From Terracidiphilus sp. (GTDB taxonomy: Bacteria; Acidobacteriota; Terriglobia; Terriglobales; Acidobacteriaceae): a DNA stretch of 64,000 bases. The position numbers were made by a program, and so were the translations under genes. Numbering within the stretch: the stretch's first letter is position 1; every line of letters starts with the position of its first letter. A model generated the notes under the pieces. It was not told where the DNA came from and searched no databases. It was given only the letters and a program-made list of their open reading frames with translations. Positions 27,939-37,160 of this stretch are shown here, piece by piece. The stretch spans positions 77 to 64,076 of the forward strand of contig JBKQRH010000013.1 of assembly GCA_052326045.1 (NCBI GenBank). The letters are read 5' to 3'.

Positions 27939-28191
27939 GCCCGGAACGATCGCAAGCCGGGGCACGGGTTTGATCCGCATCTCAAGAGCAAATCGGCCCC
28001 GGTCCGGCGGACGAATTGAACTCGCACGCTCCGCAAACGCGCATTGAAGACTACCGATAATCTCGCATTCAAGCGCATGAACTGCCAGTGCAATTCCATC
28101 TTTGGTATGCTTTTCAGTTAGCCCGACGGCCGATTCCGGCGGGCTTTCGAGAGGAACGGTGCCAATCATGATTCACAACCAGAGGAGACAA

Positions 28192-29871
28192 TTGAGTGAA
28201 CGGTCGGGGAAGCGCTACTGGAGCTTTCCTGCGCGGTTAAGCATTCTCTGCATGCTGCTCAATATTTCGGCATTCGGACAAAACCGCGCGAATGTATCCA
28301 TTGATCTCGGCAAGGCCGTGAACCCCCTTACCGACACGTCCCTTGGAGTTCCCGCGCCCACCTCCGATGGCAACTCCTTCAACCCGGCTGGGGCGCCCTA
28401 CCTGCACGCGGCAGGCATTTCCGCGGTGCGTTATCCGGGCAATCACGGAGTGGCGGATCTCTATCACTGGTCCACCAAGACCACGACACGGTATAAGGGC
28501 GCAGAGGCGGGCTACTTTGCCCCGGAGAGCAACTTCGGCAGCTTTGCGCTGTTTGCCGAGAAGCTCGGCCAGGCCGTGATTATCGTCAATTACGGAGCGA
28601 ACTCAGACGGGACCGGGGGCGGAGAGCCGGCCGAGGCGGCGGCATGGGTGGCCTACGCCAATGGAGATGCGGCCGACACACACGCCCTGGGCAAAGACTC
28701 GACCGGCGAGGATTGGCATACGGTCGGCTATTGGGCCTCGCTGCGCGGCCAGGCTCCGCTGGCCAGCGACGATGGCCTTAACTTCCTCCGCATACAGCAT
28801 CCAAAGCCCTTCGGTTTCAAGCTCTGGCAGATCGGCGACGAGGTTTATAACAACGGCTACTACGGTGGAGACCACACCGGCAATCCCGATCTCCATGCCG
28901 CCGCACCAACCGGCCCCAAGGATTTTGGCAAGCTGAAGAACGACCCCAAACTCTCTCCATCGTCCTATGTCGGGAATCTGAAGACATTCGCCCAGGCCAT
29001 GAAGGCGGTAGATCCCTCCATCCAAATTGGCGCCGCGTTCACCACCCCTCCGGATCCCAGCCTCAGAACAAAAACCTATTGGGACTCCACCGGCGAACAC
29101 GCGGACCCTACAGCGTGGGCGGCAGCAATGTGGGGGATTGAGTGGAACAAGCAGGTCTTGACGGGCGCCTGCCAGAGCCTGGACTTTATCACCCTCGAAT
29201 GGACCTCGGGCCCGCTGCTTCCACCCGACTGGAAGACCTTGGATGAAGCCGGCCTGCTCACCAATACGAAGTCCAACTTCTCCAACATCATCGGCTCCAT
29301 GCTTGACGACTACGGCAAGTATTGCCCCCAGGATCATCATCCCAAGCTAGCCTTTGCGCCGGCAGGAATCGCAACCTGGGTGAAGGTCGAGCATCCGGAG
29401 GTCAGGGCGCTATGGATCGCTGACACCTACGCGATGCTGATCGAATCCGGTACGGTGAACATTGGCTGGAGCGAGATGTATGGCGATACCATGCTGTCTG
29501 CGGACCGCAAGAAATTCGGTTCCGCCTTCTACGGCTTGCAGATGCTCCACATCGTGGCGCACACCCCCGGCGACGCGCTGCTCGATGTCAGCTCCAGCAA
29601 TGGAATGGTCGGCGCTCACGCCACCTATCGCCGCGACGGCTACATCGGGCTCATGCTGGTCAACAAGGACCCGAAGGCGCCTGTGGAGGTGAAGGTAATA
29701 TTCAAAAACGGATCCGTCGGCGCATCCGGGAAGCGCTTCGATTATGGCAGCACGCAATTCAGCGCGGGGGCCCCGCTGGCGCCGGCTCCGTTTACAGCAA
29801 CGGGCAATGAGTTCACCGTCACGGTTCCGCCATACACGGTGACGGATATTGTGCTGCCTAGGCAGAACTGA
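28192..29871 (+). CDS. Secreted clan GH-A TIM-barrel protein (GH51/GH44/GH79-like), possibly catalytically degenerate
   Basis: GAGGAG then TTG 28192; signal (AFG-Q); VRYPG..ADLYHW, EAAAWVAYAN, WQIGDEVY, AMKAVDPSIQIG, LMLVNKDP, TVPPYTVT. Confidence 0.8.
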   Translation: MSERSGKRYWSFPARLSILCMLLNISAFGQNRANVSIDLGKAVNPLTDTSLGVPAPTSDGNSFNPAGAPYLHAAGISAVRYPGNHGVADLYHWSTKTTTRYKGAEAGYFAPESNFGSFALFAEKLGQAVIIVNYGANSDGTGGGEPAEAAAWVAYANGDAADTHALGKDSTGEDWHTVGYWASLRGQAPLASDDGLNFLRIQHPKPFGFKLWQIGDEVYNNGYYGGDHTGNPDLHAAAPTGPKDFGKLKNDPKLSPSSYVGNLKTFAQAMKAVDPSIQIGAAFTTPPDPSLRTKTYWDSTGEHADPTAWAAAMWGIEWNKQVLTGACQSLDFITLEWTSGPLLPPDWKTLDEAGLLTNTKSNFSNIIGSMLDDYGKYCPQDHHPKLAFAPAGIATWVKVEHPEVRALWIADTYAMLIESGTVNIGWSEMYGDTMLSADRKKFGSAFYGLQMLHIVAHTPGDALLDVSSSNGMVGAHATYRRDGYIGLMLVNKDPKAPVEVKVIFKNGSVGASGKRFDYGSTQFSAGAPLAPAPFTATGNEFTVTVPPYTVTDIVLPRQN

Positions 29872-29880
29872 CGAATTTGT

Positions 29881-31935
29881 CTATTTCGTCACCGCACCCG
29901 GCTCCGCTGACATTGCAGGAACGGTGGCCTCAGCCTCTTGGCTGGGCGGCAACGGCAACGCTACTTCCAACGAACCGGCCTGATGGTTCCCTGGGTCAAG
30001 AATCGCAAGCCGCAGGCTCGCCGCCTCCACCGGCAACTCGACGCGCAGGTTGTGGAACATTCCGTTCTGAATAGCCTGCGCGTAGACCGCGGGCGGCATC
30101 GCTGCTTCCAGTTTCTGGGTTGTTCCGCCCAGCTTTTGCCCATCCGCCGCATACGCGTAGACGGCGATCTCCAGTGCCGCATGGCGCCGCCCATCGGGCA
30201 TTGCGGTCAGTTGCAGTTGTTGGGCCAGGATCGCCAGGCGAATGTGGTACGGCTGCACCATGCCGGAGAGGTGCTGCGGCTTCCTGGATTTCCTAGTCCC
30301 GTTGATGGCCGCCTTGACCGCCAGTGGCGAGTCTGGAGCCGCCATCGCCGGCGCTCCGTCCGGATCGATCTGCGCCTTAAACAGCAAACCCTGCGCCTCC
30401 GGCCCTCCATGCACCATGGCCGCCGCCAGGCTGTTGTTCTGGACCGCATCGGGCGTCACCGTCGCCGGGTCCACTGCGTAGTACGCGCTGCGATAGGCCA
30501 GGTTGCAGCCCGGTTTATCCAGAGCCACATGAATCGCGCGCAGCCCACCGTCAAAGTTCAGATTGGAGGGCGCGTAGACCAGCGTGTAGTAGGCTGCGCC
30601 GTCGTTGACCGCCTGGCCGGCGGCCGCGGCAATCCCATTGCTATTCACAAATGCGTGTCCGCCAGTCGCCTCGGCAATCTCCATCATCGTGGCATGCGCG
30701 CCGTTGAGCGATTGCATGAAATCGCTATGGCTTTGCACTGCCGCCGGAGCGCTGCCGGGCGCGGCCGGCATCCCCGGCGTACCCGTAATTCCTCTTGGAT
30801 TCGCCGTCAACGGTGACCCGCCTGCCGCAGCCGCTGACAATCCCGGATCGACCGCCAGCCCACGCACATCGATCGGATACACCGCCGTCTGGCTGACCGC
30901 CAGCGCCGTGGCCACCTTGCGCATCTGTTCCCCCAGCACCGTCATGTCGCCGATTCCTTGGCTGAACCCGGACGCCGACGCCTCCGAACCGGCCGCCATG
31001 GCCGGGGACGAAATCAGGTTTGCCGAGGTCACCACCGGCCCCGGCCCTGGACTCGGGCTGCCTGTTGAAGACTCGACGAACATCGCCCCCTCTTCCACAT
31101 TCCGCGCGTCGGGCAGAACCAGCATGTTAAAGGATTCAGAAAACCACAGCAGGTTCTTGCGGCCCTCCAAGGTGGTCAGGAATCGTCCCATGTCCAGAAA
31201 TGCATCCAGCGTGGTTTGAGCTTTCAGCACCTGTTCGCTGGCCGAGGTCATGCGCGGCCCCGCCGCCTTCGAGCGCATTGCGGCCAACAGCCTACTCGTA
31301 TCCGTGGTAAAGCCCTGCAACAAGCTCAGGTTGTCGCCCAGCGCAAAGATCGCCACCTCCATCGAGGCCGGCTTCCGCTCCAGAAAATGCACGATCTGTT
31401 CGTGGGCATACGCCTGATCCGTAACCGGCGTATTCAGGTAGTCCAGCAGCAGCACCACCGGCGGTCCGCTGGCTGGCGTCTGCTCCAGGTTCACAAAAGT
31501 ATGGCTAGGCAACTGGGGCGGGGCAGGCGGCAACAGGCTGCGGTCTTCCTCCGGGGTGTGAACCTCAAAGGCGCGCACCGATTGCGGCTTCCGGTCCTCG
31601 AACACCGTGAAATCCTGCTCCGTCAGGCCTGGAACAGGCTTCCCATCCGGCCCCGTCACCACCACATCCACCACCACACGCCGCGTGGTGGTGCGGATCA
31701 CCACCGCCGGTTCCTCGTCCTCCTGTGTCCCCGGTTGCACCGTGAACGATTGCGGCCCCTCATCCTGTTGAGCGGCGGCAACAACTGGTTCTTTCGCAGG
31801 TTGCGCGGGTTCGGGCTTCGCCGGCCCGGTCGTGGCTGGAGCCGGACTCTGCTGGGCCATCGCACCGGCCCCCGCCAACGCACAGACTCCCAGCACAAGA
31901 ATCAAATGCAAGCGGAAACCAACCAGCAACTTCAT
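29881..31935 (-). CDS. Acidobacterial VWA-domain protein
   Basis: Signal peptide; VVVDVVVT..DGKPV.GL...DF.V.ED; LLLDYLNT; GRKNLLWFS; IAEATGG; YYTLVY.P. Confidence 0.9.
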   Translation of the reverse strand: MKLLVGFRLHLILVLGVCALAGAGAMAQQSPAPATTGPAKPEPAQPAKEPVVAAAQQDEGPQSFTVQPGTQEDEEPAVVIRTTTRRVVVDVVVTGPDGKPVPGLTEQDFTVFEDRKPQSVRAFEVHTPEEDRSLLPPAPPQLPSHTFVNLEQTPASGPPVVLLLDYLNTPVTDQAYAHEQIVHFLERKPASMEVAIFALGDNLSLLQGFTTDTSRLLAAMRSKAAGPRMTSASEQVLKAQTTLDAFLDMGRFLTTLEGRKNLLWFSESFNMLVLPDARNVEEGAMFVESSTGSPSPGPGPVVTSANLISSPAMAAGSEASASGFSQGIGDMTVLGEQMRKVATALAVSQTAVYPIDVRGLAVDPGLSAAAAGGSPLTANPRGITGTPGMPAAPGSAPAAVQSHSDFMQSLNGAHATMMEIAEATGGHAFVNSNGIAAAAGQAVNDGAAYYTLVYAPSNLNFDGGLRAIHVALDKPGCNLAYRSAYYAVDPATVTPDAVQNNSLAAAMVHGGPEAQGLLFKAQIDPDGAPAMAAPDSPLAVKAAINGTRKSRKPQHLSGMVQPYHIRLAILAQQLQLTAMPDGRRHAALEIAVYAYAADGQKLGGTTQKLEAAMPPAVYAQAIQNGMFHNLRVELPVEAASLRLAILDPGNHQAGSLEVALPLPPSQEAEATVPAMSAEPGAVTK

Positions 31936-32251
31936 CAGCACCTTCCGCGGTAAAAATTCTGCCACGCTTGCCTTCCCAGGCAGCCTTTCTCATCATCATA
32001 CGACCAGATGAGCAGAAGACGGTCAGGGCTCAAGGTTCTGGCCGTGCCTCGCCAAAATTCCATCCGGATGTGACAAGGGCCTGATTCGTAAACCTGGAGG
32101 AAGTTTTGTAAGGGATTTTCGACTCGGAAGAGGGTATTCAGTGATTACGGATCGTCATGAGGACAGCATCGAGTGGACAGTGAAAGGTCGGGTGGTACAC
32201 CTCTCCTGCAGTTCATCTTCAACTTTCACGTGAGTTGTTCGCACCAGCAGA

Positions 32252-32466
32252 TCAGGCAACTAGATCATAGCGATGATGCAAGTCGCCAAGCTTCGGCATC
32301 GTGATAATCCTGTTACCAACACCGGGGTTGCTCACAGCTTCACGACAGGCAGGCGTTCCCTTCGCCAAAGCAAGATGAGTCCGGTCCTCGCGATAGTACC
32401 GAACATATTCATTCATCAGGCGTTTCAGATGCTGCTCATTGAGAACGATCACGTGGTCGAGCAGAT
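32252..32466 (-). pseudogene. Integrase-core (rve-type) transposase C-terminal remnant
   Basis: LDHVIVLNEQHLKRLMNEYVRYY.EDRTHL.LAK.TP...LGDLHHRY; N-terminal part absent. Confidence 0.8.
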
Positions 32467-32501
32467 CGGCAGGTGGCCCATGTCTGATCAGTAACAAATA
32501 A

Positions 32502-32534
32502 GGGTGCTCCAGGTCTCGCATTTGAGACCTGGGA
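32502..32534 (+). repeat. REP-like palindrome (same family as the copies in era)
   Basis: GGGTG-CTCCAGGTCTC-gcattt-GAGACCTGGGA. Confidence 0.8.
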
Positions 32535-32654
32535 GTGTAGGATGCTGGGATAACGAAGGGGCTTGTTCGTTATCAGCAATGCGGCTGTTTTCACTTCCTT
32601 ACTTTCAGTTGTCATCGCCAGCTTCCGCACCTTGGGACGGCAGCGTTCCCATCT

Positions 32655-32948
32655 CGGGCGCATCATTGCTGATCGAGGCTATGACTCCGATGCTCTGCGA
32701 ATGAGGCTGAAACGCCGGGGCACGGAGTTGATCGTCCCCTACCGCAAGAAGGTGCGAAATCGACGATTCGAGGACCAACGCAAAGCTGCGCCGATACCGT
32801 AAACACTGGAAAATCGAACCGACCAACGCCTGGCGGCAAAACTTCCGCCGTGTTCAGGCACGCTACGACCGCATTCTGACCGTCCTTCAGGGATTCTTCC
32901 ACTTCGCCTGCCTCCTCATCACCTTGAAGCGTTTATGCAACTAGCTCT
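32655..32948 (+). mobile_element. IS5-family transposase 3' remnant (frameshifted) with putative right end
   Basis: IIADRGYDSDALR..LKRRG.ELIVP, then shifted frame RRYRKHWKIE.TNAW.QNFRR...RYDR; ends TTATGCAACTAGCTCT. Confidence 0.8.
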
Positions 32949-33107
32949 GGGCGTTGGGAGTGCAAATCCCTTTTTCGGCACCAACGATCCAGGTTCTACA
33001 GCCCGGGATCGGATCGATCGATACAATCCGCGTCTCACCCTGCTCCACCGATTCTCCTTGAGTTCGTAACGTCCACGCTCCAGCAGCCGGTGCGCTACGA
33101 TTGCTGC

Positions 33108-33986
33108 ATGGGCGCTCTGCTCGATATTCGCTGCTTGCAGATTCGCTTTGGAGCCGCGGAGGCCGTGCGCGGCGTCAGCCTGCAAATCGATGAGGGTGAG
33201 GTGCTGGGGCTGGTGGGCGAGTCGGGGTCGGGCAAGAGCGTTACGGCTCTTGCGATCCTGGGCCTGCTGGGGCCGGCGGCGCAGGTTGCAGGGCAGATTC
33301 TGTGGCGGAGCGCAGGGACCGGCGGCTTCGATAAGGCATCCGGAGATATGAGGGATAAGAGCGCCCACGGCGGCGGCTTGATTGACCTGTTGCGGCAGCC
33401 GACTGCGGCTCTGCGGCGGCTGCGCGGCCGCGAGATCGCCATCATCTTCCAGGAGCCGATGACGGCGCTCAATCCGGTCATGCAAATCGGCCGGCAAGTG
33501 GCGGAAAGCGCTGCGGCGCATTCCCCTTCATGGACCGGACGCGAGGCAAAACGAAGAGCTATCGCCGCGCTGGAGGCGGTCCGGATTCCCGAGGCAGCGC
33601 GCCGCTACGGCGACTATCCGCACCAGTTCTCGGGTGGGCAGCGGCAGCGCATTCTCATCGCCATGGCGCTCATCAACCGGCCCCGTCTGTTGATCGCCGA
33701 CGAGCCCACCACCGCCTTGGACGTGACCGTGCAGGCGCAGGTGCTGGATCTGCTCAAGGACCTGCGGCGGCAGCATGGGCTGGCCATGCTGTTTATCTCC
33801 CACGACCTGGCCGTGGTGGGCCAGGCAGCCAGCCGCGTAGCAGTCGTGCGCGCCGGTCAGATTGTGGAGACGGGACCCTGCGCGCGCCTGCTCACCGCGC
33901 CGGAGCACCCTTACACGCGCAGCCTGCTGGCCGCCGTGCCCACCCTGCGCACCGACCGGAACCGGCCGCTGGCGATGGTGGGGTAA
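33108..33986 (+). CDS. Peptide/nickel ABC transporter ATP-binding protein (DppD/OppD-like), orphan in this window
   Basis: GLVGESGSGKS, IFQEPMTALNP, FSGGQRQR, LIADEPTTALD, ISHDL, HPYT. Confidence 0.93.
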   Translation: MGALLDIRCLQIRFGAAEAVRGVSLQIDEGEVLGLVGESGSGKSVTALAILGLLGPAAQVAGQILWRSAGTGGFDKASGDMRDKSAHGGGLIDLLRQPTAALRRLRGREIAIIFQEPMTALNPVMQIGRQVAESAAAHSPSWTGREAKRRAIAALEAVRIPEAARRYGDYPHQFSGGQRQRILIAMALINRPRLLIADEPTTALDVTVQAQVLDLLKDLRRQHGLAMLFISHDLAVVGQAASRVAVVRAGQIVETGPCARLLTAPEHPYTRSLLAAVPTLRTDRNRPLAMVG

Positions 33987-34100
33987 CTTGCCGGAAACGC
34001 CCGCCGCCCCTACCGTCCTACGCGCCAACTCCCGGCCGATCGTCGCGGCGCTCCGCTTCAAGGCGGCGGCAATTGCCGCTGCCTGCTCTACAATCATCAC

Positions 34101-34880
34101 TTGCTCCCTGAAGACCAACGCGACCGCCTGGAGGTGGTGCTCGTCTCGCCGCGCAACCCGCTCAATATAGGAGCGGTGGCGCGAGCCATGGCCAACTTCG
34201 GCTTCTCGCGGCTAACGGTTGTGGCGCCCTACGCGCCGCACTGGCGCGAGGCGCGATCGGCTGTCGGCGCCCCAGAGCTACTCCAAGACGCAAAGGAGAG
34301 CGCGTCTCTGGCCGAAGCTGTGGCTGATGGCACACTGGTGGCGGGCACGGGAACCCTGACCTATCGCAAGCCGGAGCAGCCGGTGGTTTCGCTGCCCGGC
34401 TTGGCTTCGGCCGTGCGGCGGGAACTGGTGCGCGGAGGACGAGTGGTCCTGGTCTTCGGGCCGGAGAAACACGGACTAACGCGGGAAGACCTTTCCTATT
34501 GCCATTTATTGATCGAGATCCCGACTGATCCGCGCCAACCCTCGATGAACCTGGGCCAGGCCGTGGCCGTTTGCCTCTATGAACTGGCGTCCCGAGCCTT
34601 CGGGCCTCAGGCATCCGCGCCCGAGATGGGGACTGCGCAGGCTGCGGACAAGGATGAAGAGCGCAACCCTGCCGGCCCCGCCGCCTCAGCCGGCGACCTG
34701 GAACTACTGGCCGGGGTGGTGGAAGAGGCCATGCTGGCCGCAGATTACTCCCCGCCCTCGATCCGGGCGGCAAACCGGCGCGACGTGCGGCTACTGCTGC
34801 GCAGGCTGGCTCCCACAAAGCGGGATATACGGCGCATTCTGGGACTGTTCCGGCGAATTCTGTGGCGATTGAAGCATTGA
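34101..34880 (+). CDS. SPOUT RNA methyltransferase, TrmJ/LasT family
   Basis: VVLV.PRNPLNIGAVARAMANFG, VFGPEKHGL, SMNLGQAV. Confidence 0.9.
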   Translation: MLPEDQRDRLEVVLVSPRNPLNIGAVARAMANFGFSRLTVVAPYAPHWREARSAVGAPELLQDAKESASLAEAVADGTLVAGTGTLTYRKPEQPVVSLPGLASAVRRELVRGGRVVLVFGPEKHGLTREDLSYCHLLIEIPTDPRQPSMNLGQAVAVCLYELASRAFGPQASAPEMGTAQAADKDEERNPAGPAASAGDLELLAGVVEEAMLAADYSPPSIRAANRRDVRLLLRRLAPTKRDIRRILGLFRRILWRLKH

Positions 34881-34996
34881 ACCGGGCCAGAAAGGAGACG
34901 GAGCGGGCGTCGAAGCCGCAGGTGGGGGGCGCAAACACGATTCTTTTTGCTACTCTGGAACATAATCCTGTTAGAGTGGCGCTCAAAGGTTCCCCG

Positions 34997-36511
34997 ATGT
35001 TATTTCGTATGGTTTGCCCACACAAGACGTCCTCCGTTGCGGCAACGGCCCGGTCTGGCGCCATGGTTTTTTGGGGCGCGCTGGGCCTGGCATGGAGTCT
35101 GACTGTATTCGCGCAACAGCCGCCGCCCGCGCAGCAGCCCAGCACGGCCCAACAGCCTGACGCAACCCCGCCGCCAGCGGCCCCGGCTGCAACACCGGCG
35201 CCCAATCCCGCTCCCGATGCGGCTCAGAAACCGGCTCAGCAACCGGCCGCGGCTCCCTCAACGGAGAGCCAGCCGGCTCAGCAACCGGCCGCGCCGGAGA
35301 CGCAGGCCCCCGCAGGCGCACCCGCTCCAGCCGCCATGCCTGCGGCATCGCCAGGCTCCAAATCCGCATCCGGGCCAGAGCCCTCCTCCCAAGAGGCCGG
35401 CATCACGGAGGAGGAGTTAAAGCAAATGCTGGTGGGCAAGGCGCTTTACCTGCGCGGCGGGTACCTGGACAATACCCTCGCCTTCGGCGAGCACGGCGCG
35501 CTGATCGGCCACACGCCGCAGGGCTCGTACACGCTCAGCGCCATCCAGATCGACAAAGTGCACCTGACCAAGCACAAGGTGGAGCTGGAAGGGGCGCGCT
35601 ACGGTTTGCACTTTCTGGGCGCTCTGCCCTATGAGGATCCAACCAAGGCCCTGGACCGGGTGAAAATCACGCCTAAGAAGAAGGTGGTCAGAATCACCAT
35701 CGACCGCGAACTGGTGGTGACGCCTAAGAAGAAGAAAGAACCCAAGGCCGACAAGGATAAGAAAGCCAAGCCCGCGGCCCCGGCAGCACCAGGAACTCCG
35801 GCTGCACAGGAAGCCGCGGCGCCAAACTCCGCGGGGCCAGCCGCAACGGCAGCCCAACCGGCGCCCGAGGCTGCCCCCGAGGCGAAGGAACTAAGCGAGG
35901 CCGACCAGGTCAAGGCGGAGATTGCCGCCGCACCACCCGAAGAGCGCCCGGCCGACCCCAAGAGCATAACCACCACCACCTCGCCGGCGCACGCGACAAA
36001 ACTCCTCAAGGATGCGCTCGATCAGATCTTCGCCCAGGGACTGGACGAACGCATGATCGCCGCCATGCCCGACTTCTGGAAGCTCTACTACCAGGCGGCG
36101 GCGGCCAAAACCGATTACCGGCCCAAGGATCCTGCCGTGCTGCGCCAAAACACCGTGGACAAGAAAGCCGTGCTGGTGTCGAAGTTCGAGCCGGAGTCGA
36201 ACGAATGGGCGCAGGCCAATGCCGTGGCCGGCATGGCCCTCTATCACACAGTGATCGGCGCCGACGGCAAGGCAGCGGAGATCGCAGTGGCCCGGCCCAT
36301 CGGTTTCGGGCTGGACGAGAACGCCGTGGAGGCAATTCGCAAGGCCACCTTCGAGCCGGCCCTCCTGGACGGCAAGCCGGTCCCGGTTCTGCTGGACCTG
36401 GTCGTGCAGTTTCGCATTTACTCGAAGCGAACCAACGTCCACACCGCCCCGGAGATGGCAGACAAGCCGGCCGAACCGCAATTGCCCGGACCCTACAGCG
36501 TGCAGCATTAG
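34997..36511 (+). CDS. Pro/Ala-rich protein with C-terminal TonB_C domain
   Basis: Signal-like N-terminus (VFA-QQ); IGADGK..EIAVARPIGFGLDENAVEAIRKATFEPA..DGKPVPV; start codon uncertain. Confidence 0.8.
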   Translation: MLFRMVCPHKTSSVAATARSGAMVFWGALGLAWSLTVFAQQPPPAQQPSTAQQPDATPPPAAPAATPAPNPAPDAAQKPAQQPAAAPSTESQPAQQPAAPETQAPAGAPAPAAMPAASPGSKSASGPEPSSQEAGITEEELKQMLVGKALYLRGGYLDNTLAFGEHGALIGHTPQGSYTLSAIQIDKVHLTKHKVELEGARYGLHFLGALPYEDPTKALDRVKITPKKKVVRITIDRELVVTPKKKKEPKADKDKKAKPAAPAAPGTPAAQEAAAPNSAGPAATAAQPAPEAAPEAKELSEADQVKAEIAAAPPEERPADPKSITTTTSPAHATKLLKDALDQIFAQGLDERMIAAMPDFWKLYYQAAAAKTDYRPKDPAVLRQNTVDKKAVLVSKFEPESNEWAQANAVAGMALYHTVIGADGKAAEIAVARPIGFGLDENAVEAIRKATFEPALLDGKPVPVLLDLVVQFRIYSKRTNVHTAPEMADKPAEPQLPGPYSVQH

Positions 36512-36563
36512 TAGAAGCAAAATCAGAGTCAACGCGCCCCACGGTCCGGGGCCTTCGCCGGAG

Positions 36564-36734
36564 CTATTCCTCCTGCCTGATGATCTCTTCGAGCTTGGGC
36601 TTGTGCTTGACCTCGCGGCCGGTGCGAGGCCCGGTGGAGATCACGCGCGCGGGCCGGGGCTGGCCTACTCGCTGACGAGCGTTGGCCTTGACGGCCTTGG
36701 CGGCCGAAAACCGGGCTGGCTTGCGTTTCGTCAT
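36564..36734 (-). CDS. Small basic hypothetical protein (56 aa)
   Basis: MTKRKPARFSAAKAVKANARQRVGQP...KHKPKL; compact K/R-rich ORF filling the intergenic space. Confidence 0.55.
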   Translation of the reverse strand: MTKRKPARFSAAKAVKANARQRVGQPRPARVISTGPRTGREVKHKPKLEEIIRQEE

Positions 36735-36872
36735 GACAAGGATGAGTATGGAATAAATTCCGCCGGAGCGGAAGAGCCCAGGGTCCCGGGCGATGCCCCG
36801 ACCCTGGAGGGTATCCCGGCGCTCACTTCGCCGCTGGGATGCAGAGCCGGAGGGCTGGAGGGCCGGAGAGCG

Positions 36873-37151
36873 ATGGAAGAGCGAGATTTTTTCAACGAGA
36901 GGACGGAACAGCGGACGCATACCCTCACCTGCCCCAAGTGCGGGCAGGCGGGCGAGTACAAGGTCACCTGGGTGATGCGGCGGAAACGGGCGCAACTGCC
37001 CCGCAACGCCGACGAGCGGGACCGCGCCCGCTTCGCCAAGGCGCAGTCGTACATGGTGCGCCTCGACGACAAGCTGGCCTGTGCTAACATCCGCTGCCGC
37101 AAGCCCTTCGAGATCACGCAACTGCAAACGCTGGCGTTTTTGTCGGAGTGA
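36873..37151 (+). CDS. Small putative zinc-ribbon protein (92 aa)
   Basis: GGAGAG RBS; CPKC ... CANIRC; stop 10 nt before the next start. Confidence 0.75.
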   Translation: MEERDFFNERTEQRTHTLTCPKCGQAGEYKVTWVMRRKRAQLPRNADERDRARFAKAQSYMVRLDDKLACANIRCRKPFEITQLQTLAFLSE

Positions 37152-37160
37152 GGATCGCAG

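Noticed and set aside
27840-28169. 109-aa minus-strand ORF containing ADLYHWSTKT as a real paralogous gene
   Set aside because: Similarity covers only ~12-15 codons; the rest has no GH features
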